Made by a program: the position numbers and the translations under genes. A stretch of 64,000 nucleotides of DNA from Octopus vulgaris (taxonomy: Eukaryota): NCBI GenBank assembly GCA_951406725.2, contig OX597830.1, forward strand, positions 75,640,001 to 75,704,000, in the 5' to 3' direction. Under the pieces are notes generated by a model. It worked only from the letters and a program-made list of their open reading frames with translations. It searched no databases and was not told the DNA's origin. Shown piece after piece: positions 29,941 to 46,539 of this stretch; within the stretch, counting starts at the first letter, position 1; every line of letters starts with the position of its first letter.

Positions 29941-30158
29941 GTTGTTGTTGTCGTCGTTGTTGTTGTTTTTGCTGTTTTTTTTCTTCTTCATTCTTTGCTT
30001 TGGTTATACGCTTTTTTTACGAGCTTCGAATACTAGTTTATTAACACTTTCTTAGTGAATGAAAAAGTATTTGTTTTTTTTAGATTATCGTCTAGCTATT
30101 GAAAACCCAGAAAAAACATTTCACGAGTGTGGAGAATACATTAAGGCTTATTTCTATA

Positions 30159-30248
<90 letters not shown>

Positions 30249-30764
30249 GTACGTGCGCAGATTTATATTGCAAACATCGTCTCTACAATAACAACACATG
30301 CGAACGCCCCAAGTGTACTGATAAACAGGACATGTTTTATAAACAGTAAAAATAGAATGCAAAAATTATTAAATGCACAAACAAGTGCAATTCAACAAAG
30401 GAAAAACGATTAATTTCTTGAAATTTAACATTGACATGAATGATGTAAGAACAGCAAGGGAGACAACCGTGAGTTACACATCCAACAAGTCAAAATCTAA
30501 TGACTGTAATAATTTTGCGTGTTTACAGCCTTACAAAAGGACTTGACGTTACTAAACCAGCGGAAGGAAAAGCTAGCGAGGTAAACTTATGTGAAGTAAG
30601 ATACTGCTTCGTTGCCTGAGTATATCCGAGAAACGGCAACAAGGAAAGTGGAGCGTTTGTACACATTAAAAAATGGTGGCAGTTTCAATTTACTTTTAAA
30701 GCAATAAATAAAAACGACAGTGTATTAATGTGGGAAGTAATCACTCTACAGCGTGGCAAGGTTT

Positions 30765-31991
30765 CAAGAACCATATGCTGAGTCTAGATGTGATAAGCCT
30801 GTTCGCCAAAGTCCCAACTTGTGAGGCACTTTCGATGATACAAGAAAAACTAGTGACAGACACCCATCTAAAAGAACGCACTAGTATACCAATAAGAAAC
30901 TCAATGGAAATGTTGACCTTCAGTGTAGAAAGCACCTACTTAAGTATGGACACTGATATATATCGACAGTAGAATGGTTTAGCTATGGGTTCGCCATTAT
31001 CACCGGTAATAGCCAATATATATATATATCGAATACTTTGAGAATTTGGCTTTAGGATCAACACCACTAAAACTAACTTTAATGGCTACGATATGCTGAT
31101 GACATCTTTATACTCTGGCCTCACCAGGAAGATGTCCAAGTGCTGTTAGATCATGTGAACTCAATAAAGACATCCATACAGTTCACAATGGAAAAGGAAA
31201 AGGACAATCAGCTAGCATTCCTGGGCGTATTAATAACACGCATCAAGTATGGATTCAGGATATCCGTATACCGCAAGCCGACCTTTACTGTACGATACCT
31301 CAACTACAATTCCCACCATCCATACAGTGTAAAAAGGGGGATTGCTCAGTACCTAAATCATCGTGCAAATAATATAAGTAGCGATTGTGACACACACCAC
31401 GAAGAAATTATCAAGGTCAATAACGATCTGTTAAGCAACAACTACCCCAAAGTATATGTCCACTCCAATTATGATGAAGAGAGAGGATGAAGCCAATAAA
31501 CTGTCCACAGTCTGTCTACCCTATATGAAAGGCCTCTCCAAAGAGATACAAAAGATATGCGGCCCATATGACATCGGGACAGTATTCAAGAGTAATACAA
31601 CATTTCGCAAATATCTCCTTCGAGTAAAACCACCAATAGAAGAGAATATGACCAAAGACTGCCTGTACTCCATCCCATGAAGCTGTGAAAGGTTATACAA
31701 AGCAAAACATGCCGTCCCCTCAAAATAAGGGTAGAGGAACATCGCAAAGGTGTAATACGATGAGATATTGATAAATCGGGTATAGCTAATCATGTATGGA
31801 AAACTGGAGACCACCTCGCCCTATGGGATGAAGTTAAAATAATAGATAGAAAATACTACTGGAAAATACGAAAACTAATAGAGGCTGCACATATGCTACG
31901 ACACAACAACCTCCTAAGCGCACCTAGTGCAGATATGAGTAGCATAAGGGAACCGTTATTAAGGAAGGAAAGAAAAATATTAGATTTATAA
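30765..31991 (+). pseudogene. Penelope-like element ORF (RT + GIY-YIG endonuclease), 5'-truncated, with stops and frameshifts
   Basis: SLDVISLFAKVP, GLAMGSPLSPVIANI, WLRYADDIF, FTMEKE..NQLAFL, VYRKPT...YLNYNSHHP, LPYMKGLS, CLYSIP.SC, RVEEHRK, SGIANHV, RKLIEA. Confidence 0.9.
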
Positions 31992-32019
31992 GCCCTAAAA
32001 TAATTCACTCCATAATTGC

Positions 32020-32190
32020 CCTCGTGCATATGGCGTAGTGGTTAAGAGCGCGGGCTTCGATTCCAAGCATTGACCTAAACACTAACAATAATAATAACAT
32101 CGAAAAATACCTTAAGAATGAGGACCCGTGGAGAATACTGGAAGTTATATCAACCGAAACGTTGTGTGAACAACAAACAAGATGAGCATC
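32020..32190 (+). mobile_element. Probable Penelope 3' pLTR remnant with tRNA-like boxes and decayed hammerhead half
   Basis: TGGCGTAGTGGTTAAG (A box), GCTTCGATTCC (B box), ccGAAACGTTgtgt directly downstream of the PLE ORF. Confidence 0.5.
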
Positions 32191-32281
32191 TAACGTTACT
32201 TGTTGCAACCCGATGTTAAGATTTCTTCTTTTCCAACAGTCTAATGTGTTGTATGTATGTAATAATAATAATAATAATAAT

Positions 32282-32752
32282 AGGCAATGGTTGTCATGGC
32301 TTCTGATCTTAACTGATTGGAAGTGTTATGTACATTGATTTGTCTTGGTATAAAAGATAGGCTACAGCAGATATTTTGTTCAATAGCACAGATTTGCTTG
32401 TCAGTAATTTGACCTTACCCAGTTGAGCATGTCCCTTTGTGTTGAGTGAAATTTGAGTGGGATTGAATAACTCACCTTTGGAAACATGCGTGTTTTGTTC
32501 AACATCCTTAAACAACTCTTATTCGGGGACCTTTTGAGCAGGATGGGCTACTCCAATTGAAGAAAATTCTAACTGAGTCCCACTTAAAAAGTCATGCGCT
32601 GTTTATCTTCATATGAGATCACAATGTCGCGCATATATATTTGTGATACATGTGCCTAATGTACCCTTATCAGACGGGTAGTCATGATGGGTATACTGGG
32701 CTTCGTATATTTTACCTCAGCGTCAATTTGATGGCAAGCACGGCTCTCACTC
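32282..32752 (+). mobile_element. ~560-bp TAA-associated non-coding element, diverged copy with internal deletion
   Basis: Reverse complement of 43695-44236 and 56788-57355; flanked by (TAA)n. Confidence 0.85.
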
Positions 32753-32836
32753 ATTAATAACAACAAGAACAACAATAATAATGATAAAAATAATAGTAGT
32801 AGTAGTAGTAGCAGTAGTAGTAGTAGTAATAGAAGC

Positions 32837-32909
<73 letters not shown>

Positions 32910-32918
32910 ATAATAATA

Positions 32919-33098
32919 AATGCCCTGATGCAGTACCAGGCAGTGGCTCTCGTGTCTCCTGATCTTAACTGATTTGAACTGTTATCATGTACATTGTTTT
33001 GTCTTAATATAAAAGATCGGCTACAGCAAATATTCTGCTCAATACCACAGATTTGCTTGTCAGTTGTTTGACCTTTACCAGTTGATCATGTCCCTTAG
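32919..33098 (+). mobile_element. ~560-bp TAA-associated element, one-end fragment
   Basis: aatgccctgatgcagtaccaggcagtggctctc...catgtcccttag. Confidence 0.85.
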
Positions 33099-33123
33099 AA
33101 ATATCATTATTATTATTATTACT

Positions 33124-33182
<59 letters not shown>

Positions 33183-33227
33183 TGTTATTATTATTTGTTG
33201 GTGTTCTTCTTCTTCTTCTTCTTCTTC

Positions 33228-33273
<46 letters not shown>

Positions 33274-34499
33274 CATTATTATTATTATTATTATTATCAT
33301 AATCATCGTTATTATTATTAATATTATTCTGATTGTTACTCTAAGTATAGAATTGTGAGGCTAAGAGCAAGAATTGGAGAGGGCACCTGCCCAAAGTGTC
33401 CAGGGAGATCTTGAACGGCGGGCATCCTTGATGATCCCTAAATGTCCTCGTCAAGCGATAAAATTCAAGTACTGGAGACTATGAGGAAAACTATTCATAC
33501 CAGAAGATAGATTTAACAGTAGAAGCAGAGTCCATTTAATTAACACAGCTCCATGAATGAATCGCATTTTATGTACCCTACGTACGATGGGAAAGTACCC
33601 TTTATGATGGTGCACCGCTTCTCATCTCTTCCCTCCTCTGGTCCACTTTTTTCTTAATCATCCTTCTTTTCTACTTTCTTTTCTAACTTTGCCTCCTCTT
33701 TGTCTTTTTCGTTAACCTCCTCATCTTTATCATCGCAGACCCATCATCATCATCGTCACAATCTTCATCTTCATCATCACCACTATCATCTTTATCATCA
33801 TCATCGTCATTATTAACGTAATCACCGTCGTCGTCGTCATCATCGTTGCCGTCATTTTCATTATCATCATCGCCATCGCCGTCGTCATCATGCTTCCCAT
33901 CGTTGTCATCGTCGTCATCATCATCATTCATCATCATCAACTACAACGTTTCATTACCGGATGCCTTTTTTCTTGCGGCTGCGTTTTGTTTCTTTTATTA
34001 CAGCGTTTTTATTTATTTATTTTTTTGTTCTGTACATTTTTCTCTAATTCTTTTACTTTTTTTAAAGAAGAAAATCAATCTTCGAATGTATTAAGAGGGG
34101 AAAACATAAAAATAATACAAAAAAATAGATTAGACCCTGTTAGTCATCCACTTATAACTTGCATATGAAGATAATATGACTAGAAAATAGCTTTAAAAAA
34201 TAAATATATAAACTCAAATGAAGGGTTTGCTAATTATTATTATTTTTAAAAGGTTTTTTCTGGCATTTTAGAAATTTTTTATTATATTTATAAATTTCGG
34301 AAATTTTATTTTTATTTATTTCAGGCAGATTTTACTTTATTTTTTAATCAATCTAATCCTACAGAAGAAATTGATTCTTGGAATATGATAACACAGTTCT
34401 GATTGATTTGATTGATTAAGTGATTGATTGAATGATATCGATATCTTGCTTTTATCATTTATAGTTATTTTTGCGTGTGCGCGTGCGTGTAAAGGTATA

Positions 34500-38310
<3,811 letters not shown>

Positions 38311-39614
38311 TTATATTGACAGATCAAAACGTAGTCATCTTCAAGTAAAACCTTAAAATATATTGAAAAATACTCAAGCCATAAACACGATAATAGAAAC
38401 ATGCGCACCACAGTAAATTGTGTGTTTGCGTATGCGTGCGTGTGTATATGCATTTATGTGTGTATTTGTCAATGTATGTGTGTATGTAGGATTGTATAGA
38501 TATAAATACACACGAACACTCACACGTACACACACACACACACACATACATATTTAACTCTTTAATCGTTCATGATTTTTATCCCATGGGTAGTTTGAAT
38601 ATTCGCATGGGATAATTCATTGTTTGAGAACGCCGATACCGGTACCAACGTTGAATTCTATTTCCAAATATTTCCATATGAATTTTATTATTCCTCAGAT
38701 ATATAGAAAACGCATTCGAACATATTTACTGAATGCGTTTAAACAGTCACTGATGAGAAGATTCTGATACTATCGCTGCATTTTTCTTTTAAATTCCATA
38801 TGTATCTTGAGACAGTAGATGCGTTTCTGCTCTCTTCTTACCTGAAATCATAAGTGTGCATAAATATCTTGTATTTGATGATATTCTTTAGTCAGTTTCC
38901 TGTTGCTTGTAATGATTCTCATATTTGTCTTCCGCAATAGAAATTTCGCAGAATATATTCAGCTATGTGAGGCATTTATATTTTCAAACTTATGACCGCC
39001 TGCACATAATCATTTCGAAAAATATGTATTATGGATATATGCATTTCTAATCATCATCGTTACCGACACCATCATCAGATTCATTATCGTTCTCATTACT
39101 ATTAACATTCATGGACTGCTCAGTTCTCTTAATATCGATGAGCTTACTCTTTTAATCCCATATATACATCAAAAGAGTTGTTATAATTATTTTCTGAAAG
39201 TTAAAGAGTGTTTCATTGTACCGGGTTTTGAACCTACTTTTGGTCAGGCTATGTAATGTTCCCCATCTCTGTCATCAATTATCGATACATCTTTCAACTT
39301 TCGATATATATTTTTGCCAGGTATTTAATGCTCCATTCCTATAACTGCAAGCCCAGAATCATCTCGAGATGTATCTGGCCATGCAGTCATAGGAATGATA
39401 AATATTTATGCTTAGTGCATAAATATTTACCATTTTCATCATTGCCATTATGAACGCCTCCACTATCAGCATCAGCAACGTCGTCGCCGTTTTGTCATTT
39501 TTGTCATCTTGTCGTCATCTTCAGCACTGATACTTGCATAGCCTCCATCAATATCTTGATGCGGCGACAAAAATTATTGGATGTTAACAGCGCTATCAAT
39601 GATCATAAAGTGTG

Positions 39615-39917
39615 GAGGGAAGAAGGAGGAGGAGGAGAACGAGGAGGAGGGAGATAAGAAGAAGAAGAAGAAAAAGAAGAAAAGAAAGCGGAGGAGAAGA
39701 AGGGGGGAGGAGGAGGAGGAGGAGGGAAAGAAGAAGAAGGAGAAAGAGGAGGAGGGGAAGTGGAGATGAAGAAAAAAGAAAAAGAAGAAAGAGAAGAAGA
39801 AGAAGAAGAAGAAGAAGAAGAAGAAGAAGAAGAAGAAGAAGAAGAAGAAGAAGAAGAAGAAGAAGAAGAAGAAGAAGAAGAAGAAGAAGAAGAAGAAAGA
39901 GGAGGAGAAGAAGAAGA
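39615..39917. repeat. (GAA)n/(GAG)n polypurine tract
   Basis: Directly visible. Confidence 0.95.
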
Positions 39918-40387
39918 TGTGGTGAAGACTATTGTATATGTCTTCTGGGAGATATCGCTGATATTGCTATCAGATTCATTACTATTCAGGGTTTCCCAAT
40001 GTGTAAGAAGGTAAACTGAAAATGTGTTTGCTGAAAAAGTACAATTTAATTATTTTCTGCTGTCGTCTTAGAATGAAACTCTGACTATAAAATCTATTAG
40101 GATCTCACATAAATTCGTTCCCTTTTTTCTTCTTCTATTTGATACTCCATGGCCATACGTCTGGAAAGAAATAACATTTATGCAAATTTTAAAAACACAA
40201 CATTTTTTTGAGAAGGAATAGAGTTACAAAGAAAAACATAAAGGACTGTATTTAAAATATTTGTCGTGTTAATTCAAACAACATTTGAAAGGATTAAAAT
40301 AAAAGGAATAAAAGGTTGGTTGGTGGATAAATAAGCCAAAATATGTTTCTGACAACCTAATATTTGCAATTTTTATGCATTGAGAGT

Positions 40388-40697
40388 GGAAGTGTCATGG
40401 CCCAGTGGTTAGAGTAGTTGACTCGCGGTCGGAGGATTGCAGTTTCAACTTCCAGACCGAGTGTTGTGTGTGTTTATTGAGCAAAAACACCTAAAGCTCC
40501 ACGAGGCTCCGGCAGGGGGTGGTGGCGACCCCTGTTGTACTCATTCATCCCAACCTTCTCTCACTCTCTCTTCCTGTTTCTTGAGTAACGCTGCGATATA
40601 CAGGTGTCCCGTCCAGCTGGTGGGGGAGGAACACATACGCCACAGAAACCGGGAAACCGGGCCCATGAGCCTGGCTAGGTTTGAAAAGGGCGCATAA
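40388..40697 (+). mobile_element. tRNA-derived SINE, OR2-like
   Basis: Colinear with 8614-8928. Confidence 0.88.
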
Positions 40698-41418
40698 AAA
40701 ATATACATTGAGAAACGATTTCGATACAATTGTTTTATAGACTTCGCGAGACAAGGGTCTCTTCAATAGTGAAAAACCAGTCATTGACTGCATATACGTA
40801 TCAAAGTAAGAATCAACGAAGGAGACACTCGAGTCACTACATTATCCGCTAGCAATATGCAACATATCCACCACAAATTATATTATATCATTTTACACAC
40901 GGAGTGATATTTCCGATAATGTAATTCTAACTACATAAAACAGAAGGATAAATGAGAGCTTCGTGCTCTTAACACGTTTGATCATAGGTCTACTGCATCT
41001 TTCGGTACAAGCCTAGGGCTATAAAATAATAGCAAATACACTGAGGCTTCAGAAACTAATGATTTCATTATAAGAAATCTGAAGTTCGATGAATAGTATT
41101 CCATTGAATTCTGGAGAAAAAAAATGGGATTGCTTTATATTGTTGTTTGCGGTAATGTGGTGTCTAAAATATAATTTTCTGTTGATTCATCAGAAAATCA
41201 AAAAGATACAGATGAAATTTGTAACACGGATAAGAAATTATGTGAGAGAAAAAAGCTAATACAATACAGAATAAGTGAATAAGAAATATTAAGATAGACA
41301 TTATACACTGAAAGTTACTGATGTATATAGCAATGTATATGTCTGTCTGTATCCTCTCTCTTTCTCTCTTCCTCTACGTCAACCTATCTCTCTTTGTCAA
41401 TATGTATGTAAGGAAACA

Positions 41419-41456
<38 letters not shown>

Positions 41457-42094
41457 ATACATATACACATACATATATATACGTATATATAATGATATAT
41501 ATACATATGTCATTTATACATATATATATATATATGCATGCATATATACATATATACACACACATGCATATATACGTAAGTATAATGTAATAAAATATAT
41601 TACATTATATATTATATTTACATATTTATATAAGTATGTTATATGAGTATGTCGATATGCACATGTGCGTGCGTATGCGTCGAAACATGTCCATTTATAA
41701 ATACACAAACACATACACACATATAATATATAGATATATATATATAAATTACTGTCATCACTAGCAAGTGAGTTCTAATAGGTAGCGTGTGTCATACTTT
41801 CGTTACTGCTTCAGTGCCTATGTATCTGAAAGCAGACATAGACGCACACTCGCCCCGCCAGCCTTTCACTCACATGAGCAATCTTGTTAGGACAGCTTGA
41901 TGAACAGAGAGTTATACTACTATGAGAATAGAACTCCTTTCATTGGGGTTAACTAGAGTAACATGAAATGAAATAGCTAAGGAAGAGCACAACTCAAAAC
42001 CTAACCCAGAAACCCAGTCTATGACATAAGATTGTGGCTTTAATCGTTTGGCCATATTATAAACGGTCCTAGTTGGTTTAAACAATTAATCTAA

Positions 42095-42571
42095 AGAAGA
42101 GGAAATACCATTCAGAGCCAGTCACTGAAGGAGAAAATGCTACAATCCTATAATATTATGAGATACATACAGACAAGCAAATAAATGCTAACAGCCAAGA
42201 CATCGTCATTAAAGATATAAGACAAAAAAACATGCTCGTTAATTGATATGAGAGTGCCTAATGATAGAAAAATCTCAGAAAAAAATATTTGAAAACCTTC
42301 GAAACACAACGACTTTCAGTCTGAGGTATCAAAGACGTAGTATTTTAAAACCAAAACCATTTTTGTTCATGTGGGTGCTCCAGCAATGATCAAGAAAGAT
42401 ACTGACAATATTTTTGACCAGATTCCATGAAAACTAACAATCTATGAGGCTAAAAAATTATTCTGACATCAAACACCCACATTCTCAAGAATCTCCTGCC
42501 ATCAAAATTATACGCGCCTTAGGTTTCTGATTGAGAACGGGACAGATGAAATTAAATGCTAAGCAATAGAA

Positions 42572-42572
<1 letters not shown>
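42095..42572 (+). mobile_element. R4/Dong-type 3' fragment (REL endonuclease + 3' UTR)
   Basis: Decayed EPVTEGENATIL..EIHTDKQINAN.DIVIKD...LIDMRVPND...KTKTIFVHVGA; ends aatagaat + (ACT)n like the 58001 copy. Confidence 0.8.
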
Positions 42573-42630
<58 letters not shown>

Positions 42631-42648
42631 GTAGTAGTAGTAGTAGTT

Positions 42649-42687
<39 letters not shown>

Positions 42688-42884
42688 ATAATAATAATAA
42701 TACCACCACCGCCACTACTACAACTGCTACTAACAAGAAGAAGAAGAAGAAGAAGAAGAAGAAGAAGAAGAAGAAGAAGAAGAAGAAGAAGAAGAAGAAG
42801 AAGAAGAAGAAGAAGAAGAAAAGTCCTGATGCAGTACAAGACACTGGGTCTCATGGCTTCTGATCTTAACAATCAAAAAATCGA

Positions 42885-43052
42885 CAGGACGCTGGTCAGT
42901 CGCAGGATTACTTATTTTTGTCAGCTCAGCGCACTAGAGCAACATCAAATGAAATCTTTTGTTCAAGAACACAACGCGTCGCGCGGCCCAAGAATCAAGC
43001 CCACAATCTTGCGGTTATGCGTCCAACACCCTAAGCTGTAAGCCACGTGCTT
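42885..43052 (-). mobile_element. Degraded tRNA-derived SINE (OK-like head)
   Basis: aaatgaaatcttttgttcaagaacacaacgcgtcg...aagaatcaagcccacaatcttgcg...caacaccctaa..gccacgtgc. Confidence 0.55.
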
Positions 43053-43129
43053 CCAGTGTTAGCAATAATATTAATGAGAATAATAGGTGAAAGCTGTACA
43101 AATGAAAAAAATATGATAACAGTAGTAAG

Positions 43130-43548
43130 AGTGGTGGCGGCACGACCAGATGGTAAATGTTATACTCTGGAAACTGTGCATGAAATGGGGATTTGTAGCT
43201 GGAAACACATGGTAAAATCATCGAGTCGAAAGAGTACTAGAATCGGAGAGATGTAAGCTATTGTGGGACTTCTCTATTCAAACAGGACAAGGAAATAGAA
43301 AATAGTAGACTACACATAATGATTATAGATAAGGAACAGCGAAGTTGCTTATTTATCGACCCTTCATGCTCGTTTGATTTCAGGAAAGAGGAAGGGAGAA
43401 AAAAGTATACAATGCCTTAAAATTTGAAATAGGAAGACTTTGGAGCATGCGAACAGCAAAGGCTGAGATCATAATAATTGGTGGGTTGGGAACAGTAAAC
43501 CTAGATATAGACAAATGGCTGAAGGAGATTGAAAATATTATTGGAGAT

Positions 43549-43550
<2 letters not shown>
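43130..43550 (+). mobile_element. R4/Dong-type REL fragment, second subfamily
   Basis: RHDQMVNVILWKLC...ERVLESERCKLLWDFSIQT...IIDKEQRSCLFID...EIGRLW...IIIGGLG; followed by (TAA)n. Confidence 0.75.
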
Positions 43551-43606
<56 letters not shown>

Positions 43607-43636
43607 TAATAATAATAATTATAATAGTAATAGCAA

Positions 43637-43694
<58 letters not shown>

Positions 43695-44233
43695 GAGTGA
43701 GAGAGCAGTTCATGCCATCAAAGTGACACTGGGGTAAAATATACGAAGCCCAATATACCCATCATGACTATCCGTCTGATAAAGGTACACCAGGCACATG
43801 CATCACAACCATATGTGCGCGACATGGTGATCTCATATCAAGATAAACAGCACATGACCTTGCAGGTGGGGCCCAGTTAGAATTTTCTTCAGGTTGAGTA
43901 GCCCATCCCGCTCAAACGGTCCCTGAATAAGGGTTGTTTAAGGATGTTGAAAGAACCACCCATGTTTCCACAAGTGAATTATTAAAACCCCAAAGAATCC
44001 CTCTCAACACATGGCTATGATGCTCCCCCACTACTTCTGCTCGTGATCAGAGATGCACATATCGTCAGCCACTAAGGGACATGCTCAGCTGGTTAAGGTC
44101 AAACAACTGACAAGCAAATCTGTGGTATTGAGCAGAATATTTGCTGTAGCCCATCTTTTATACCAAGACAAAACAATGTACATGATAACACTTCCAATCA
44201 GTTAAGATCAGAAGCCATGAGAGCCACTGCCTG

Positions 44234-44236
<3 letters not shown>
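43695..44236 (-). mobile_element. ~560-bp TAA-associated non-coding element, near full length
   Basis: Highly similar to 56788-57355; (TTA)n on both sides. Confidence 0.92.
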
Positions 44237-44316
<80 letters not shown>

Positions 44317-44330
44317 ATCATTATTATTAT

Positions 44331-44417
44331 TGTGTGAGAAAGCAGTGCATACCATCAAAGTGACACTAGGGTACAAATATACGAAGCTCAATACACCCAT
44401 CATGACTACCCGTCTGT
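44331..44417 (-). mobile_element. Terminal ~85-bp fragment of the TAA-associated element
   Basis: gcagtgcataccatcaaagtgacactagggtacaaatatacg...ctacccgtctg. Confidence 0.85.
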
Positions 44418-44419
44418 CG

Positions 44420-44590
44420 AAATGTAGAGCTCCTACAGAAGGTTGGTCTCTTACAGACAGCAAAGAATATTTGGCGGGTGTTAAGCACTTGAAACACTGC
44501 TGAAAACGTGTGGATACCTAAGGTTACATGTAGTAACCCACTATCGACATAATTCCTACAAGGAATAAGACCAAAACTGAGCCAAACCAT
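44420..44590 (+). mobile_element. R4/Dong-type extreme 3' end
   Basis: NVELLQKVGLLQTAKNIWRVLST* then short UTR and (TAA)n. Confidence 0.6.
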
Positions 44591-44616
44591 AATAATAATA
44601 ATAATAATAATGATTC

Positions 44617-44776
44617 GTCTATTACGGGCACAAGGTCAGGAATTTGTGATGGACGGTGGGGCAGGGTAGTCGGTTGCATCGACCCCAGTGCTAAACTAGT
44701 AATTATTTTGTCGACCTCAACTCAGAACGTAGCGACAGACGAAATAACGCTAAGTATTTCGCCCGGCACGTAATAA

Positions 44777-44839
<63 letters not shown>

Positions 44840-45510
44840 GCAACAACAACAACAACAATAATAATAGTACAAATAGAAAGAAGAAAAAAACTGACCAACT
44901 AAAACGTTTTGAAGTGGGAAATACGCATGTTGTGGTCAATGAGGAGAATTGACATGATACCAATAGCAATTGGTGAACTTGGAAATATCATCACTCGATT
45001 ACCAATATGAGTAAAAAACGATTGTGTACAATTATAACGGTAGAACACATACGTAAATGAGCATTGCTTGAAGTTGCAAGAATTCTTCACTGGATTCTTG
45101 AAGCATGACCAGTAAAAACAGTGTCACCTTAGTCTGCTGACTGTGGACAGCTGACACAAAGTTAGTAAGTTCGGAGATCACATCGACCTCAGTACTCATC
45201 TGGTAATTATTTTATCAACTGCGAAAGGATGGGAGGCAAAGATGACCCCGGCGGAATTTGAACTCAGAACGTGAAGACGGACGAAATGCAGCTACACATT
45301 CTGCTAACTCACCGCCTTCATAATAATGATACTAATAATTCCTTCTACTATAGGTACAAGGCGTGAAATTTAGGCGAGGTGGTAGTCGATTACACTGACA
45401 TCAATACTCAACTGACACTTATTTCATCGACCCCGAAAGAATGAAAGGCAAAGTCGACCTTGACGAAATTCGAACGCATAAATCAAAGACGGGCAAAATG
45501 CCGCTAAGCT
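44617..45510 (-). mobile_element. Cluster of SINE family B fragments (44617-44770, 45180-45318, 45340-45510)
   Basis: Repeated catcgacc.cagt...gaaaggatg.aaggcaaag..gacc..ggcggaatttgaactcagaacg motifs. Confidence 0.75.
44880..45160 (+). mobile_element. R4/Dong-type C-terminal fragment
   Basis: LKWEIRMLWSMRRIDMIPIAIGELG...ALLEVARILHWILEA*. Confidence 0.65.
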
Positions 45511-45878
45511 AATAATGTTGCCGCAGACATATATGGCGAAGCAGTCAGTTTTTATTTTGTTCACTTGACAGATAAACAGATAAAATATATTTATCTATTA
45601 TTTTTAATTTTTTTTTTACTCTACTCGGTGAGCTGTGGAGTTGCTGGGCCACTGCCATTAATGCGTTCCAATGCTGGGAATCGAATATAACCCGCTTGGA
45701 TGAAAGCCAGGAATTCTAACATGTCAGCAGAATATATCTTTTAAAGAAAAACTGCTGTTATTTCTCAATATAATGGTTTGTATTGATTTTGTCTTCTCCA
45801 TCAGCTACTTTAATTGTAACAATCTAAATATTTCAATTTTCCATTTATATATTTATTATTATTATTATTGTTATTATA

Positions 45879-45967
<89 letters not shown>

Positions 45968-46078
45968 ATTTTCCTTCTTTCTTCAAATTTTCTTCCGTTT
46001 CTCGCCGGGTGTTTTCCGTACACCTAGAGCAGAGAAGCTCATTGTATGCATTCCCAGATTCCACCCCCAAATTCACAG
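45968..46078 (-). mobile_element. Short TAA-adjacent element end, second copy at 56232-56301
   Basis: ttctttcttcaaattttcttcc.tttctcgccgggtgttttccgtacacctag.gcagagaagctcatt occurs twice, next to (TTA)n. Confidence 0.75.
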
Positions 46079-46161
46079 ATAAAATATGTATTTAAAACAT
46101 TAATAAATAAATAAATTCATGAATGAATGTTGTTTTCACAGTGATAATGCTCTTATTGTTG

Positions 46162-46249
<88 letters not shown>

Positions 46250-46259
46250 TATTGTTATT

Positions 46260-46345
46260 CAGTGAGAGAGCAGTGCATGCCATCAAAGTGACACTAGGGT
46301 ACAAATATACGAAGCCCAATATACCCATCATGGCTACCCGTCTGA
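46260..46345 (-). mobile_element. Terminal ~85-bp fragment of the TAA-associated element
   Basis: agtgagagagcagtgcatgccatcaaagtgacactagggtacaaatatacg...ctacccgtctga. Confidence 0.85.
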
Positions 46346-46539
46346 CGAAATACTTAGCGACGTTCCATCCATCTTTAGCTTCTGAATCGAATTATTGCCG
46401 CGGTCGACGTTGCCTTCGATCCTTTCGGGGTTGTTAACATATGTACTAGATGAGTACTGGGATAGATTCAATCGAATAGACAATTCCCCTAATATTCCAG
46501 GATTTGTACCTCTCGTTTGTGAGATAGTACTAATAATTC

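Noticed and set aside
30608-30645. Hammerhead-like gttgccTGAgta...GAAAcggcaac upstream of the Penelope ORF
   Set aside because: The core lacks G8-A9 and a stem II, and the pairing topology is a simple hairpin
32919-32945. Resemblance of ccctgatgcagtaccagg to the U2 snRNA 3' end or a hammerhead core
   Set aside because: Match too short; no CTGANGA/GAAA pair and no other U2 features
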